Source: Azolla caroliniana (lineage: Eukaryota > Plantae > Polypodiophyta). From it: 64,000 bases of DNA. The stretch covers positions 10,168,001-10,232,000 of the forward strand of contig JBHGNT010000010.1 in assembly GCA_043228905.1 (NCBI GenBank), in the 5' to 3' direction. The translations under genes and the position numbers were made by a program. The notes beneath the pieces were generated by a model, which was not told the DNA's origin, did no database searches, and worked only from the letters and a program-made list of their open reading frames with translations. This document shows, in pieces, positions 25,436-36,705 of this stretch (positions within the stretch are counted from its first letter, which is position 1; the number at the start of each line of letters is the position of its first letter).

Positions 25436-26099
25436 TGTCGTGGAAACTGGTTTAGGGACCACCGGGGTCTTGGACCTAAGAGAAATGAAGGAAAGACCGA
25501 GCTTCATCAGTACTGGTTACGCCAGTTGAGACACCAACCGGAGCATTTCCGAATACGCACTAGAGGCAACCGAAGGAGAGAGAGAGAGAGAGAGAGAGGG
25601 AAAGCTATATTAACGTCTTCTAAGGCCAAAATTGGCCCATGAGACAAATGCTTTACAACAAAAATGGGTATTTATCCAATCATCAAAACTAAAATAAAAG
25701 TAAAGTAAAAATAGCTTAAGCTAAAAGAGTTCTAGTAGTGTACAAAACTTTGCACTAAGCCTAATTTCATTTCCACCCAAGCCTCTCAAAAAGAAGTGTG
25801 AGGTCAAAGGTTTTTGGTCTGGGTGTAACCCTTGGTCCCGGTGTATAGAGTGCCCCAGCCATGACTTCTAGGTGGTGTAGCTCACATTCCCTTATTTTCG
25901 TTATTGCTTGTACATCTCGTCGAGCTGCTTTGAAACCTGACATCCGAGGGCATTTGGTTCTTCTTTGATTTTCTGCTTCATCAAGGAAAAGCCCGAGTGG
26001 TGCAAGTGTGGCAACATTCGTTGTCTCCCCCTATTCCTGAAAAACTTCATTTGTTACATGTTGGTAAACATTAACAACATTATTATCAACATTTTGTAA

Positions 26100-29000
26100 C
26101 TTATTCTCCCTGTGTTGTTTCAATTCTAGGATGTATCTACCTAATTTCTTTATATCTAGTGTATCTAATAGTTTAGGGAGGGTAGGAGAGGAACCAAGTA
26201 TGTCTTGGTATTTTGCCCTTATCTCGGCATAGGTGGGACATTTGCATGTAAAATTGTACTCATCCTCTATCTCTATGTGGCATAACCTACATATCCTTTC
26301 CTCCCTAGGGACTCCATTAGTGCGTCCATTCTAAGTTGGTGAGATGATATTCTAAGTTGGCTGATGGCAACCCTTAGTGCATGTGGTAAAAATACATCTA
26401 GATATTTTGGCCGGGTAATAGCATAACTTAGAGAAGTGCATGAAGTGTTCTTTATAGTACAACATTTTAGATGGGAGTGGCTCTAGTGGGGTGATCCATT
26501 TATACTGAGTATAAATTTGCCATATTTCTTGGCGTATTACTTTATTGTAGTCCTCATGAGAAATTAAAGTGTTATCAGTCGCGTGGCCGTACTTAAGGAG
26601 GGGGAGGTTATTAATGTCTAGACAGTTCGCAAGAAGCCAACTCACCATCATGCCATACCATGAGCTAGTATAGCCGGACTCATACAATGCTCAAGAAGCC
26701 TTAAAGGGTTGATGGGATATTCTATCAAGTGGTTGGCTATGTATCCTGTGGATAAAGACTACAAGTTGAAAAAGTGCTTCTACTAACATCGGGGGTAAAG
26801 TGAACTCATCCCTAATAATGTCATGTGGGACAATCAATTTGCTTTGGAATTGGCGTGATAACATCATCACCAATGGTCTCTCTAATTGCGTCCACATGAA
26901 AGATGGTAGTCCTAGAGCCCAAACCGTTGATGCATACATGAGAGAGGGAGTCACTAATGAGTCAAAGAGCCACCCTTTAGTCCGTGGTTCTTGGAAGTAT
27001 GCTTGATGGCATTGTCTCTCGAGGAGTGACAAGGATGCATGTCCTCTCGTAAGTCTATCCTTCGATGCTTGTGTCATCAAAAATTTACTTGAGCAGGTAC
27101 TGAAAGTGACTCCGAGATAGACATATGATCCAACCACCTCAACTGGGCTATGGGAGATAGTTAGGTGACACTTACCTCTAACTTGGGCCGATGTGTGGAA
27201 GATAAGGACTTTAGTTTTCCCTAGATTCACTACCAATCCTCGTTGTGTGCAAAAGTCATCTAAGGCATTAAGGTGCCTTTGTAGGTCGTGCTCAAATTCA
27301 GAGAGCAAAACTATTTCATCCGCATAGAGCAAGATACGAACCAGCGTATCCCCAAGAACTACTCCATTGCCTCCCTTACGAGCAATAAAATCTGTGATCT
27401 CATCAATGTAGATCCCAAAAAGAGTCGGAGATAGGGGGCAACCTTGTTTTACACCAATAGTGCTAGTGAAACAATCGGATAGGCCACCTAGTCATCGAAC
27501 ACACCTGGGCACTTGTTCATATAGTGCGTAGATGGCCCAAACCATGTCATCTGGTATCCTCAAGCTCTTAACCCTATCAAACAACCACTCTCTAGGGATC
27601 GTGTCAAAGGCTTTGCGGAAGTCCACAAAACAACAATATAATTTCTTCTTGCGAGCCTTAGTCTGGTCAATTAAGCATCTAACTGTGAAGATATGATCAA
27701 TAGTGGAGAAGGCTCATCTAAAGCCAGCCAGTTCAGGTGCATGAAGATTTAAGATCTCCGTATAATTGCTAAGCTCTGCCTCCATTACTGTACCATATAA
27801 TTTAGCAAGGGTATGACCTATCATAATGGTCCTATATGTATTTGGGTCCATGGGGTCCCCCCCTTTATGTATGGGGGCCATTGTGTTCATGGTCCATTGT
27901 GGTGGAAAACCCTTGGCGAGGGCACGATTGAAGATTAGAGTTAGCAATGGAGCTAGGCACTCTCTCGCATATATGATGTGTTTTGCCTACAATCCTGTGT
28001 GGTCCATGGACTTCCTATGTTGTAATTTCTTTATGACCTTCGTGACCCTAGAGGTCGTGAAGAGTGTCCCCACGGTAGGTCGGGGTGTAGACGGCATCGG
28101 AATGGGTGGTTGGTTTGGGATTTGGTAAAGTTTCTCTATATATGTGTGCTAGGTTTCGGGATCTTCGATGGGTGTTTGTGGTCTTGGTTCCCGTAATCTC
28201 TTCCATGCAGTGGCGCAATCGCTACTCATGAGCATATGGTAGAGTTCCCAATATTGGGATGCCTCCCATGCTCGTCTCTTACGACGTGTCATCTTGCGCA
28301 TTTCTTTGCGAGCTTGTACTGAGGTAATACTACCACTAAGTTGCGATATTGTAAGTTTTCTATGTAAGTACCTACAATCCTCATCATACCATCTATTTTG
28401 TGGCATAGATCCTAATTTACCTTGATCGGAGTGTTTCGTGTATGGGAAACTGCTAACTGTTGCGGAGTGAAAGATGTGTGTGAGTTTCATACTAAGGCTC
28501 TCTAAAGGTAGGGAGGGATCAAGGGTGGAGAGATGGGCTTGAACATGTCGAGCATATATGTCAGAGAGCTCATGTGTGAAATGTATTGTGGTGTGATGGC
28601 GTGGTTGACTAGAGTTGGTGACGTTAGAGATATCTCATTTTAGCTCGAAGTATAAGAAACTATGGTTCACGCCAATAGGGCATGGGGCCACATGGAAGGA
28701 GTTAATCATGTCGGTAGCTTAAGGGCGTCCTATTAGATAATCAATTGTGCTTTCCCCTCCTCCATGTGGGAAACATGTGAGCTCTTCTGAGCCTGGCCAC
28801 TTGGCTAAACCATTATATATGACCATCTGGTGCCGACTACCAAGTTCGAGCAAATGATGGCCAAAGCTCGTGGTGTCCGCACCTTGATCCTTTGATCTAC
28901 GTGTGGTGCCTATGTCTAAAGGATCAACATTTACCATTTCTAGGTTTCTATTCATTTGAAATATTGTGCATTGTCGGGATTGAGTTCTCGCATTAAAGTC

Positions 29001-29480
29001 TCCCACAAGGAATACTTCTCCTTGGGAAGAATACCAGATTATGTCCTCCGATAGAGGTTCATATGGGGAAGGCCCATCTAGCACTCCTTCATCAACTAAT
29101 CTTGCCTCGCCAACCAGATTATAACGAGAGCCTTTCGGGGGGAAGTAACAAATGGCGAAAAATACTGCCTTGTCCTTGCTTGTGGACACTTTCACCCACA
29201 TAAAACGAGCCTCTGGGTCTGTCCTCAGTATTTCTATCCTATTATGTAGCTCTCTCCGAAACAATATTGCGACACCTCCAGATCCCCTGGTAGTGCATCG
29301 ACGTGAGGTTGGTCTAAAAGTCGACTCCCAATGAAATCCTTCAACTCGTGGGAGTCCCCTATTTGGGCTTTGGTGTGTTTCTACTAAGAAAAGTATATCT
29401 GATACCTTTAATATCTCCTCTAGGCGGCCGGGGTGTGTCCAGAGTGCGTCGTTACAATTCCATAAGGTCATCCTAAGTGT
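26100..29480 (-). pseudogene. LINE ORF2 (endonuclease-reverse transcriptase)
   Basis: ORFs 28719, 28149, 27714, 26691 and 26352 are collinear and broken by stops. Confidence 0.9.
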
Positions 29481-30088
29481 ATTTTCTGTCACATGGGCCA
29501 CACGCCGTCCATTAGTAGTGCGATAATTTATGATCACTCGCCCATCTCGATAAAAGGCGCAATGCCCTTCTTTACGAGCTTGCATAACTCGTGGCATACA
29601 ACTCTTGCAATGCTCAATTTGCATCTTAGTGAGGTCTTCATCGAGATAGATAGGTTCCCCACCCAATCCTCGAAGAATTGGTCTCTTCTTAAAGAAAGTG
29701 ATTCTAGAGTCTAAGTCTCTCTTCCTAGTTGTGTTGCGTCCGGCCCTCCAAGCTTTAGTAATAGGTAGGGCCGCTATGTACCCTAACATTTTCCCAAGTG
29801 TTTGTGCATCCTCGTCTGGGGATGCACCTTCCTTTGAGCCCAATGACACGCACATTTCGGCGTCGGGCCTGACGCATTTTCTCCTCTTCAAGGGTGGTAT
29901 TAACAATATTTTCAACTTTTATTTCTTTTTTAATGTTTCTTCCACCCAACCTGTTTTTGCTAACTCTATGTTATTTTTAACTTCTTCTTTAACTTTTTTA
30001 ATCTAATTTTTTATATCCTCTATGGAGGATATTTCTGTTGGGATTTCGGTCCCTCCGGATGGGATGTCCGGAGATGAATGACGGCAAG

Positions 30089-30370
30089 CCCGGTTGCGGT
30101 TACGGAACCGGATGATGAAGAGTACCCGGCATGAAGCCGGATAAAGAGTACCCGGTTACGGAGCCGGATGCTGAAGACCCCGGTTACGGAGCCGGATGAC
30201 GAATGTACCCGGTTACGGAGCCGGATGACGAATGTACCCGGATACGGAGCCGGATGATGAAGACCCCGGTTACGGAGCCGGATGATGAAGACCCCGGTTA
30301 CGGAGCCGGATGCTGAAGACCCCGGTTACGGAGCCGGATGACGAATGTACCCGGAGAGAGATCCGGATGC
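30089..30370 (+). repeat. Tandem array of ~28-bp units (CCGGTTACGGAGCCGGATG...) in U3; copy at 34979-35260
   Basis: About 9-10 units are visible, with two unit variants (gaagacc / gaatgtacc). Confidence 0.95.
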
Positions 30371-30841
30371 GGGGACATATTTGTGAATATGTTTGCCAAG
30401 AGCCCTTGAGGCTATATTTGTAAATAGCCCAAAAGTCATATGTGTATAAATATGACTTAGGGCAAACAGTTTTATGTTGTTGTTGCTCATTTTCTGTTTT
30501 CCACGAAGAGGGAGCGAAGTGAGAGCAGCCGAGAGAGTGTGAGAGACGAAGAGGTCGTTGCCTCAGTGTATTACCGCCGCCTGTGGCGAAGACTGTGAGC
30601 TCAAGGTTGTTGCCTTGTAGCTTCATCATTGTACATCTCTGCATATAGTGATAGTTGGAGTTTGAGGACTCCCGTGGTTTTTCCCACTTAGGGTTTTCCA
30701 CGTAAAATATCCTGTGTACTCTTCTCCCCATTATCTTCGTGTATTTTGTAATTCCTGTTTTCTGAAAGTTAATCCTATTTCTCGGTTGTGGCCGAGCACT
30801 GCGTATAACAAATTGGTATCAGAGCAACGGTAACACAGAAA

Positions 30842-33800
30842 ATGGAAGGCGGCGGTAGTGGGCCTCCTGGCATGATGGTGTTGAACTCACAGAACTACGC
30901 CGACTGGAAGATAAAGATGGAAGACCTTCTCATCGTCCGAGACCTATACGAACCGATCGACAATGCCGAGATACCCAAGGGGGTAATAGAGTCGGAGTGG
31001 AAGCTTCTGAACCGGAAAGCCGTAGCGACGATCCGGCAATATGTCGATGTAAGTGTCCTGCAACATGTGGCGAACGATACGAACGCCTATGAGATGTGGA
31101 AGAAGCTGTCGGGCCTCTATGAGAGGAAGAATGCGTTGAACCGGACCTCCCTGATGAGGAAGATAGTGAACCTCAAGTACCGGGACGGCGAGAGTATGGT
31201 GGAACACGTAAGCACGTTCATGGGATTCGTGAACCAGCTTGCGGCGATCAAGTTCCCGTTGGAGGATGCAATGCAAGCCATCATCCTGATGTGTACATTG
31301 CCGGACAGCTGGGAGAACTTGGTGGTGACTCTCAGCACCTCCTGCACCGAAGATAACTTGTCCCTACAAACGGTAAAGACAAGTATTTTGAACGAAGAAG
31401 CGCGTCGGAGAGATAAAGAACCGGTTTCTGATCAGAAGATGCTGCTTACCGAATCGGATCGGGGAAGACAATGGAACCGGAGTCCGCAAAGACGGGAGAA
31501 GTCGGGGACCCGGTCGCAGTCAAGAGGAAGGCCAACATGCTTCCACTGTGGGAAGCCGGGGCACTTCCGGAAGAATTGTCGGCACTACCGAAAGGACAAC
31601 GGAGCCGACGACACCGATTCGAAGAAGTCACCGGAGAGAAACGGTGCATACCGGGGAGCCACGGACCGGAGCGGTCCGGATCGGCAAGGGCAGGACCGGA
31701 AAGGAACGACGGCACTTGCGGCAAGTGAAGAAGAGATAATGCTTATTACCGAAGAGAAGGAGCTGAACCTTGCCGGTGTAGAGATGACCTGGGTGGTCGA
31801 TTCCGGAGCGTCGTTCCACCTGACCCCGGAGAAGAAATACTTCTCATCCTACACAGCCGGTGAGCACGGCTGTGTCCGGATGGGAAATGAAGGCACATGC
31901 CGGATTGCCGGCATAGGAGACGTGTGGCTGTTGACATCAACCGGATGCAAGATGCTGTTGAAGGATGTGCGACACGTTCCGGAGGTCCGATTGAACCTGA
32001 TCTCGGCCGGGAGGCTAGATGATGAAGGCTACACGGGTAGCATCCGGAACGGTGTCATGAAGTTCAGCAAGGGGAGCCTGATAGTGGCTCGGGCCCGGAA
32101 GGTCAACACCCTGTACCTGATGAATTCCCGGCTATGTCCGGAGGAGCTGAACGTGGCAGCCGACACTGCCGGTGAGCTGTGGCACAAGAGACTGTGCCAC
32201 ATGAGTGAGAAGGGGATGAAGAGGCTTGCAGAAGACAACCTCATTCCAGTGAAGCATGTGCATCTGGAGAAGTGCACCGATTGCCTGGCCGGTAAGCAGA
32301 ACCGAACCTCCTTCCACTCAAGGCCACCGACGAGACGTAGCGCACCATTGGAGTTGGTGCACACTGATGTGTGTCAGGTAGAAACGAAGTCACATGGCGG
32401 AGCCCAGTACTTCGTGACTTTCATTGATGATCACAGCCGGAAGCTGTGGACGGCGCCGTTGAAGACAAAGGACCAAGTGTTGTCCGTCTTCAAAGAACTC
32501 CACGCGAGAGTGGAAAGAGAATCCGGCAAGAAGCTGAAAGCGATACGAGCGGATAACGGAGGGGAATACCGGGGGCAGTTCCAGGAGTACTGTCGCTCGA
32601 AGGGAATCCGGCTCGAGTTTACTGTGCCGAAGACGCCGGAACTAAACGGGCTGGCCGAGAGGATGAACCGGACCATAATGGAGAGGGTCCGGAGTATGCT
32701 GGCACATGCGAAATTACCCAAGGGGTTTTGGGCTGAGGCAATGTCGACGGCGACATACGTGATAAACAGATCACCCTCAGTACCTTTGGATGGAGACACG
32801 CCGCAGAAAGTGTGGACCGGTAAGGAAGTGTCCTACCGGCATCTGAAGGTGTTCGGGTGTCTCGCATACGTGCATGTGGCAAAGGACCGGAGAGGAAAGC
32901 TAGATCCAAAGACCCGGCCATGCATATTCCTCGGTTACGGCGACGACGAGTTCGGCTACCGAGTATGGGACCCGGTCGACAAGAAGATATTCAGGAGTCG
33001 AGACATCATCTTCATGGAGGACAAGACACTCGCCGACTGGGAGTCGGAGAAGAAGATGAAGAGCTCCAAGTCGATCGGTGAGGATCAACTCTACGAGGAG
33101 CAGTCCCGACCGGCAAGGGACCGGTTAACACTCGAGGATCCGGCCGAAGACTATGAAGAAACAGAACTGGCCGAAGAAGATGAAAATGATACCGGAACCG
33201 GCCCCGATCCCGAAATGGATTCGGATGAAGAAGAATCGGAAGAACCGGTTACCGAAGCTCCGGAACGGAGATATCCTCTAAGAGAGAGAAGGGCCCCCCG
33301 GAGATTTCCGGAACCAGAGCACGTGCTGCTAACCGACGAAGGGGAGCCGGAGAGCTTTGAAGAAGCAAAGCATGACACCCAGAGCCGCAGGTGGTTGAGT
33401 GCCATGCAGGACGAGATGGATTCCCTGCATGAGAACCACACATATGAACTTGTGGAGTTGCCGAAAGGAAAGCGGGCACTTCGAAACAAGTGGGTGTTCA
33501 AGCTGAAACCGGGAGATGCCGGAAACCCCCCGAGATACAAAGCCAGGATCGTGGTGAAGGGGTTTCAGCAGAAGAAGGGCGTCGACTTCGACGAGATATT
33601 CGCCCCGGTAGTGAAGATGACCTCCATCCGGATGGTGCTGAGCATAGCGGCAAGCATGGACCTCGAGGTAGAACAGATGGACGTGAAGACGGCATTCCTT
33701 CACGGTGACCTCGAAGAAGAGATCTACATGCAGCAACCGGAAGGATTCGAGAAGAAAGGGAAGGAGCACCTGGTATGCCGATTGAAGAAAAGCCTGTACG

Positions 33801-34915
33801 GATTGAAGCAGGCTCCCCGGCAATGGTACCGGAAGTTCGACTCCTTCATGACCGACGAAGGGTACCACAAAACGCAGTCCGATCACTGCGTGTTTGTGAA
33901 GAAGTTCGAAGGAGGAGACTCTCTAATACTCCTCCTATACGTGGACGACATGTTGATCGTCGGACGGGACCAGGTCAAGATACGGACGCTGAAGAAAGCG
34001 CTTCACCGAACCTTCTCAATGAAGGACCTGGGTCCGGCGAGGCAAATATTAGGGATGCACATCATCCGGGACCGGAAGAAGAAGCAGTTGTGGCTGTCAC
34101 AGGAGAAGTACGTGACAAAGGTGCTTCACCGGTTCAACATGTCGGAAGCAAGACCGGTCGGGTCAACCCTCCCGGGAAACTGCAAGTTGTCCAGCAAGCA
34201 AAGCCCCAAGACAAAGGCTGAGAAGGAGGACATGATGAAAGTACCATATGCCTCTGCCGTCGGAAGCTTAATGTACGCAATGGTGTGTACAAGACCGGAC
34301 ATAGGATATGCAGTTGGAGTGGTGAGCCGGTACATGAGCAATCCCGGCAAAGAGCACTGGAACGCGGTCAAGTGGATACTCCGATACCTGAAGGGCACGG
34401 CAAACGTGTGCCTCCGATTCGGCTCCGGTAAGCCCGAACTCGAAGGCTTTACTGATTCTGATATGTCGGCTGATGCAGATACCAGCCGGTCCACATCAGG
34501 GTATGTGATGACGTATGCAGGGGGAGCTGTTTCGTGGCAGTCGAGGCTGCAGAAGACGGTTGCGTTGTCAACCACGGAGGCGGAGTACATGGCGGCTGTT
34601 GAAGCCGGCAAAGAAATAATATGGATGAAGGACTTCATTAGAGAGCTCGGTATCCAGCAGGAGGAGTACCGACTCTACTGCGACAGTCAGAGTGCCATCC
34701 ACCTTGCGAAGAACGCGGCCTATCACTCCCGGACGAAGCACATCCAGCGAAGATATCACTGGATCCGGGAAAGGATAGAAGACAAGGAGTTCGTGCTGAC
34801 GAAGGTCCACACGGACGAGAACGGGTCGGATATGCTGACCAAAGTGCTCACACCCGACAAGCTGGGAGCGTGCCGGAAGAGAGTCGGATTGGAGAGACAT
34901 CCCATGCCGAAGTGA
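30842..34915 (+). CDS. Copia gag-pol polyprotein, 1357 aa, uninterrupted
   Basis: Motifs CFHCGKPGHFRKNC, VVDSGAS, HTDV..FIDD..DNGGEY..NGLAE, LYVDD and TDSD..EAEY..CDS..SDMLTK. Confidence 0.97.
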   Translation: MEGGGSGPPGMMVLNSQNYADWKIKMEDLLIVRDLYEPIDNAEIPKGVIESEWKLLNRKAVATIRQYVDVSVLQHVANDTNAYEMWKKLSGLYERKNALNRTSLMRKIVNLKYRDGESMVEHVSTFMGFVNQLAAIKFPLEDAMQAIILMCTLPDSWENLVVTLSTSCTEDNLSLQTVKTSILNEEARRRDKEPVSDQKMLLTESDRGRQWNRSPQRREKSGTRSQSRGRPTCFHCGKPGHFRKNCRHYRKDNGADDTDSKKSPERNGAYRGATDRSGPDRQGQDRKGTTALAASEEEIMLITEEKELNLAGVEMTWVVDSGASFHLTPEKKYFSSYTAGEHGCVRMGNEGTCRIAGIGDVWLLTSTGCKMLLKDVRHVPEVRLNLISAGRLDDEGYTGSIRNGVMKFSKGSLIVARARKVNTLYLMNSRLCPEELNVAADTAGELWHKRLCHMSEKGMKRLAEDNLIPVKHVHLEKCTDCLAGKQNRTSFHSRPPTRRSAPLELVHTDVCQVETKSHGGAQYFVTFIDDHSRKLWTAPLKTKDQVLSVFKELHARVERESGKKLKAIRADNGGEYRGQFQEYCRSKGIRLEFTVPKTPELNGLAERMNRTIMERVRSMLAHAKLPKGFWAEAMSTATYVINRSPSVPLDGDTPQKVWTGKEVSYRHLKVFGCLAYVHVAKDRRGKLDPKTRPCIFLGYGDDEFGYRVWDPVDKKIFRSRDIIFMEDKTLADWESEKKMKSSKSIGEDQLYEEQSRPARDRLTLEDPAEDYEETELAEEDENDTGTGPDPEMDSDEEESEEPVTEAPERRYPLRERRAPRRFPEPEHVLLTDEGEPESFEEAKHDTQSRRWLSAMQDEMDSLHENHTYELVELPKGKRALRNKWVFKLKPGDAGNPPRYKARIVVKGFQQKKGVDFDEIFAPVVKMTSIRMVLSIAASMDLEVEQMDVKTAFLHGDLEEEIYMQQPEGFEKKGKEHLVCRLKKSLYGLKQAPRQWYRKFDSFMTDEGYHKTQSDHCVFVKKFEGGDSLILLLYVDDMLIVGRDQVKIRTLKKALHRTFSMKDLGPARQILGMHIIRDRKKKQLWLSQEKYVTKVLHRFNMSEARPVGSTLPGNCKLSSKQSPKTKAEKEDMMKVPYASAVGSLMYAMVCTRPDIGYAVGVVSRYMSNPGKEHWNAVKWILRYLKGTANVCLRFGSGKPELEGFTDSDMSADADTSRSTSGYVMTYAGGAVSWQSRLQKTVALSTTEAEYMAAVEAGKEIIWMKDFIRELGIQQEEYRLYCDSQSAIHLAKNAAYHSRTKHIQRRYHWIRERIEDKEFVLTKVHTDENGSDMLTKVLTPDKLGACRKRVGLERHPMPK

Positions 34916-35938
34916 AGGGGGAGTTTGTTGGGATTTCGGTCCCTCCGGATGGGATGTCCGGAGATGAATGACGGCAAGCCCGGTTGCGGTTACGGAACCG
35001 GATGATGAAGAGTACCCGGCATGAAGCCGGATAAAGAGTACCCGGTTACGGAGCCGGATGCTGAAGACCCCGGTTACGGAGCCGGATGACGAATGTACCC
35101 GGTTACGGAGCCGGATGACGAATGTACCCGGATACGGAGCCGGATGATGAAGACCCCGGTTACGGAGCCGGATGATGAAGACCCCGGTTACGGAGCCGGA
35201 TGCTGAAGACCCCGGTTACGGAGCCGGATGACGAATGTACCCGGAGAGAGATCCGGATGCGGGGACATATTTGTGAATATGTTTGCCAAGAGCCCTTGAG
35301 GCTATATTTGTAAATAGCCCAAAAGTCATATGTGTATAAATATGACTTAGGGCAAACAGTTTTATGTTGTTGTTGCTCATTTTCTGTTTTCCACGAAGAG
35401 GGAGCGAAGTGAGAGCAGCCGAGAGAGTGTGAGAGACGAAGAGGTCGTTGCCTCAGTGTATTACCGCCGCCTGTGGCGAAGACTGTGAGCTCAAGGTTGT
35501 TGCCTTGTAGCTTCATCATTGTACATCTCTGCATATAGTGATAGTTGGAGTTTGAGGACTCCCGTGGTTTTTCCCACTTAGGGTTTTCCACGTAAAATAT
35601 CCTGTGTACTCTTCTCCCCATTATCTTCGTGTATTTTGTAATTCCTGTTTTCTGAAAGTTAATCCTATTTCTCGGTTGTGGCCGAGCACTGCGTATAACA
35701 ATTTCACTGTCCTCTCGAAATACTAAGTTGTTTTTTGAGGTTGGTGTTTTCCTCTTTAAGTTTTTCTATTTCGGCCTTGAGGGCGTCTTTTTCCTCTGTA
35801 TCTTTTTTCTTGTGGGTTTCGACGTCTTTCACGCATTTTTACATATCCATCTCTATTTTTGTTAAACGATTAAACATATCTAAAAAGTCCTCCTTACTTA
35901 TAGCATCGTCTTGTATATCCTTATGTTCCTTAGTTCGT

Positions 35939-36705
35939 TTAGACGTCATTGTGGTGTCAATAAGAAAAGGAAAAAAAGATAAAATAAATGGGTTCGAGAT
36001 TTAGCCGAGTTTGTGTGTATGTCGCAGTCACATCGGCATTTTGTGCACGCTACGAGAATGCAAGAACCCACCAATGGAGGAAGGATGCGCCGCCAAGAAA
36101 AGAAACACGGCACTCGGCAACACCAAGAAAAGGAAAGAGAAGAACACGGCAGCACGACAATACGGCCAACGACGGCAACGGTGACGGATGTACAAAGGTT
36201 AGACGTCATTGTGGTGTCAATAAGAAAAGGAAAAAAAGATAAAATAAATGGGTTCAAGATTTAGCCGAGTTTGTGTGTATGTCGTAGTCACATCGGCATT
36301 TTGTGCATGCGATGAGAATGCAAGAACCCACCAACGGAGGAAGGATGCGCCGCCAAGAAAAGAAACACGGCACTCGGCAACACCAAGAAAAGGAAAGAGA
36401 AGAACACGGCAGCACGACAATACGGCCAACGACGGCAACGGTGACGGACGTACAAAGGTTAGACGTCATTGTGGTGTCAATAAGAAAAGGAAAAAAAGAT
36501 AAAATAAATGGGTTCAAGATTTAGCCGAGTTTGTGTGTATGTCGTAGTCACATCGGCATTTTGTGCATGCGATGAGAACGCAAGAACCCACCAACGGAGG
36601 AAGGATGCGCCGCCAAGAAAAGAAACACGGCACTCGGCAACACCAAGAAAAGGAAAGAGAAGAACACGGTAGCACGACAATACGGCCGACAAAGGCGACG
36701 GTGAG
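35939..36705 (-). repeat. ~260-bp tandem monomers (about 3) in the LINE 5' UTR
   Basis: The unit ttagacgtcattgtggtgtcaataag starts at 35939, 36199 and 36459. Confidence 0.95.

Larger units (their letters stand above)
30036..35700 (+). mobile_element. Copia C, intact Ty1/Copia (Tork/Tnt1-Tto1-like)
   Basis: 775-bp LTRs at 30036-30810 and 34926-35700 look identical. TSD ATTTC. PBS at 30814-30825, PPT at 34914-34925. Confidence 0.98.
29481..35949 (-). pseudogene. LINE ORF1 (coiled coil + RRM-like), split by Copia C
   Basis: MTSKRTKEHK...LKAEIEKLKEEN from 35949, then RRRNVRVIGL, AWRAGR and IYLDEDLT after the Copia insertion. Confidence 0.7.

Noticed and set aside
30089-30370. CRISPR-like array
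   Set aside because: Head-to-tail repeats without unique spacers, inside a eukaryotic LTR.
30270-30731. 153-aa antisense ORF duplicated at 35160-35621, and the many short antisense ORFs over TEs
   Set aside because: These are shadow frames of LTR repeats and GC-rich coding strands with no recognisable domains.
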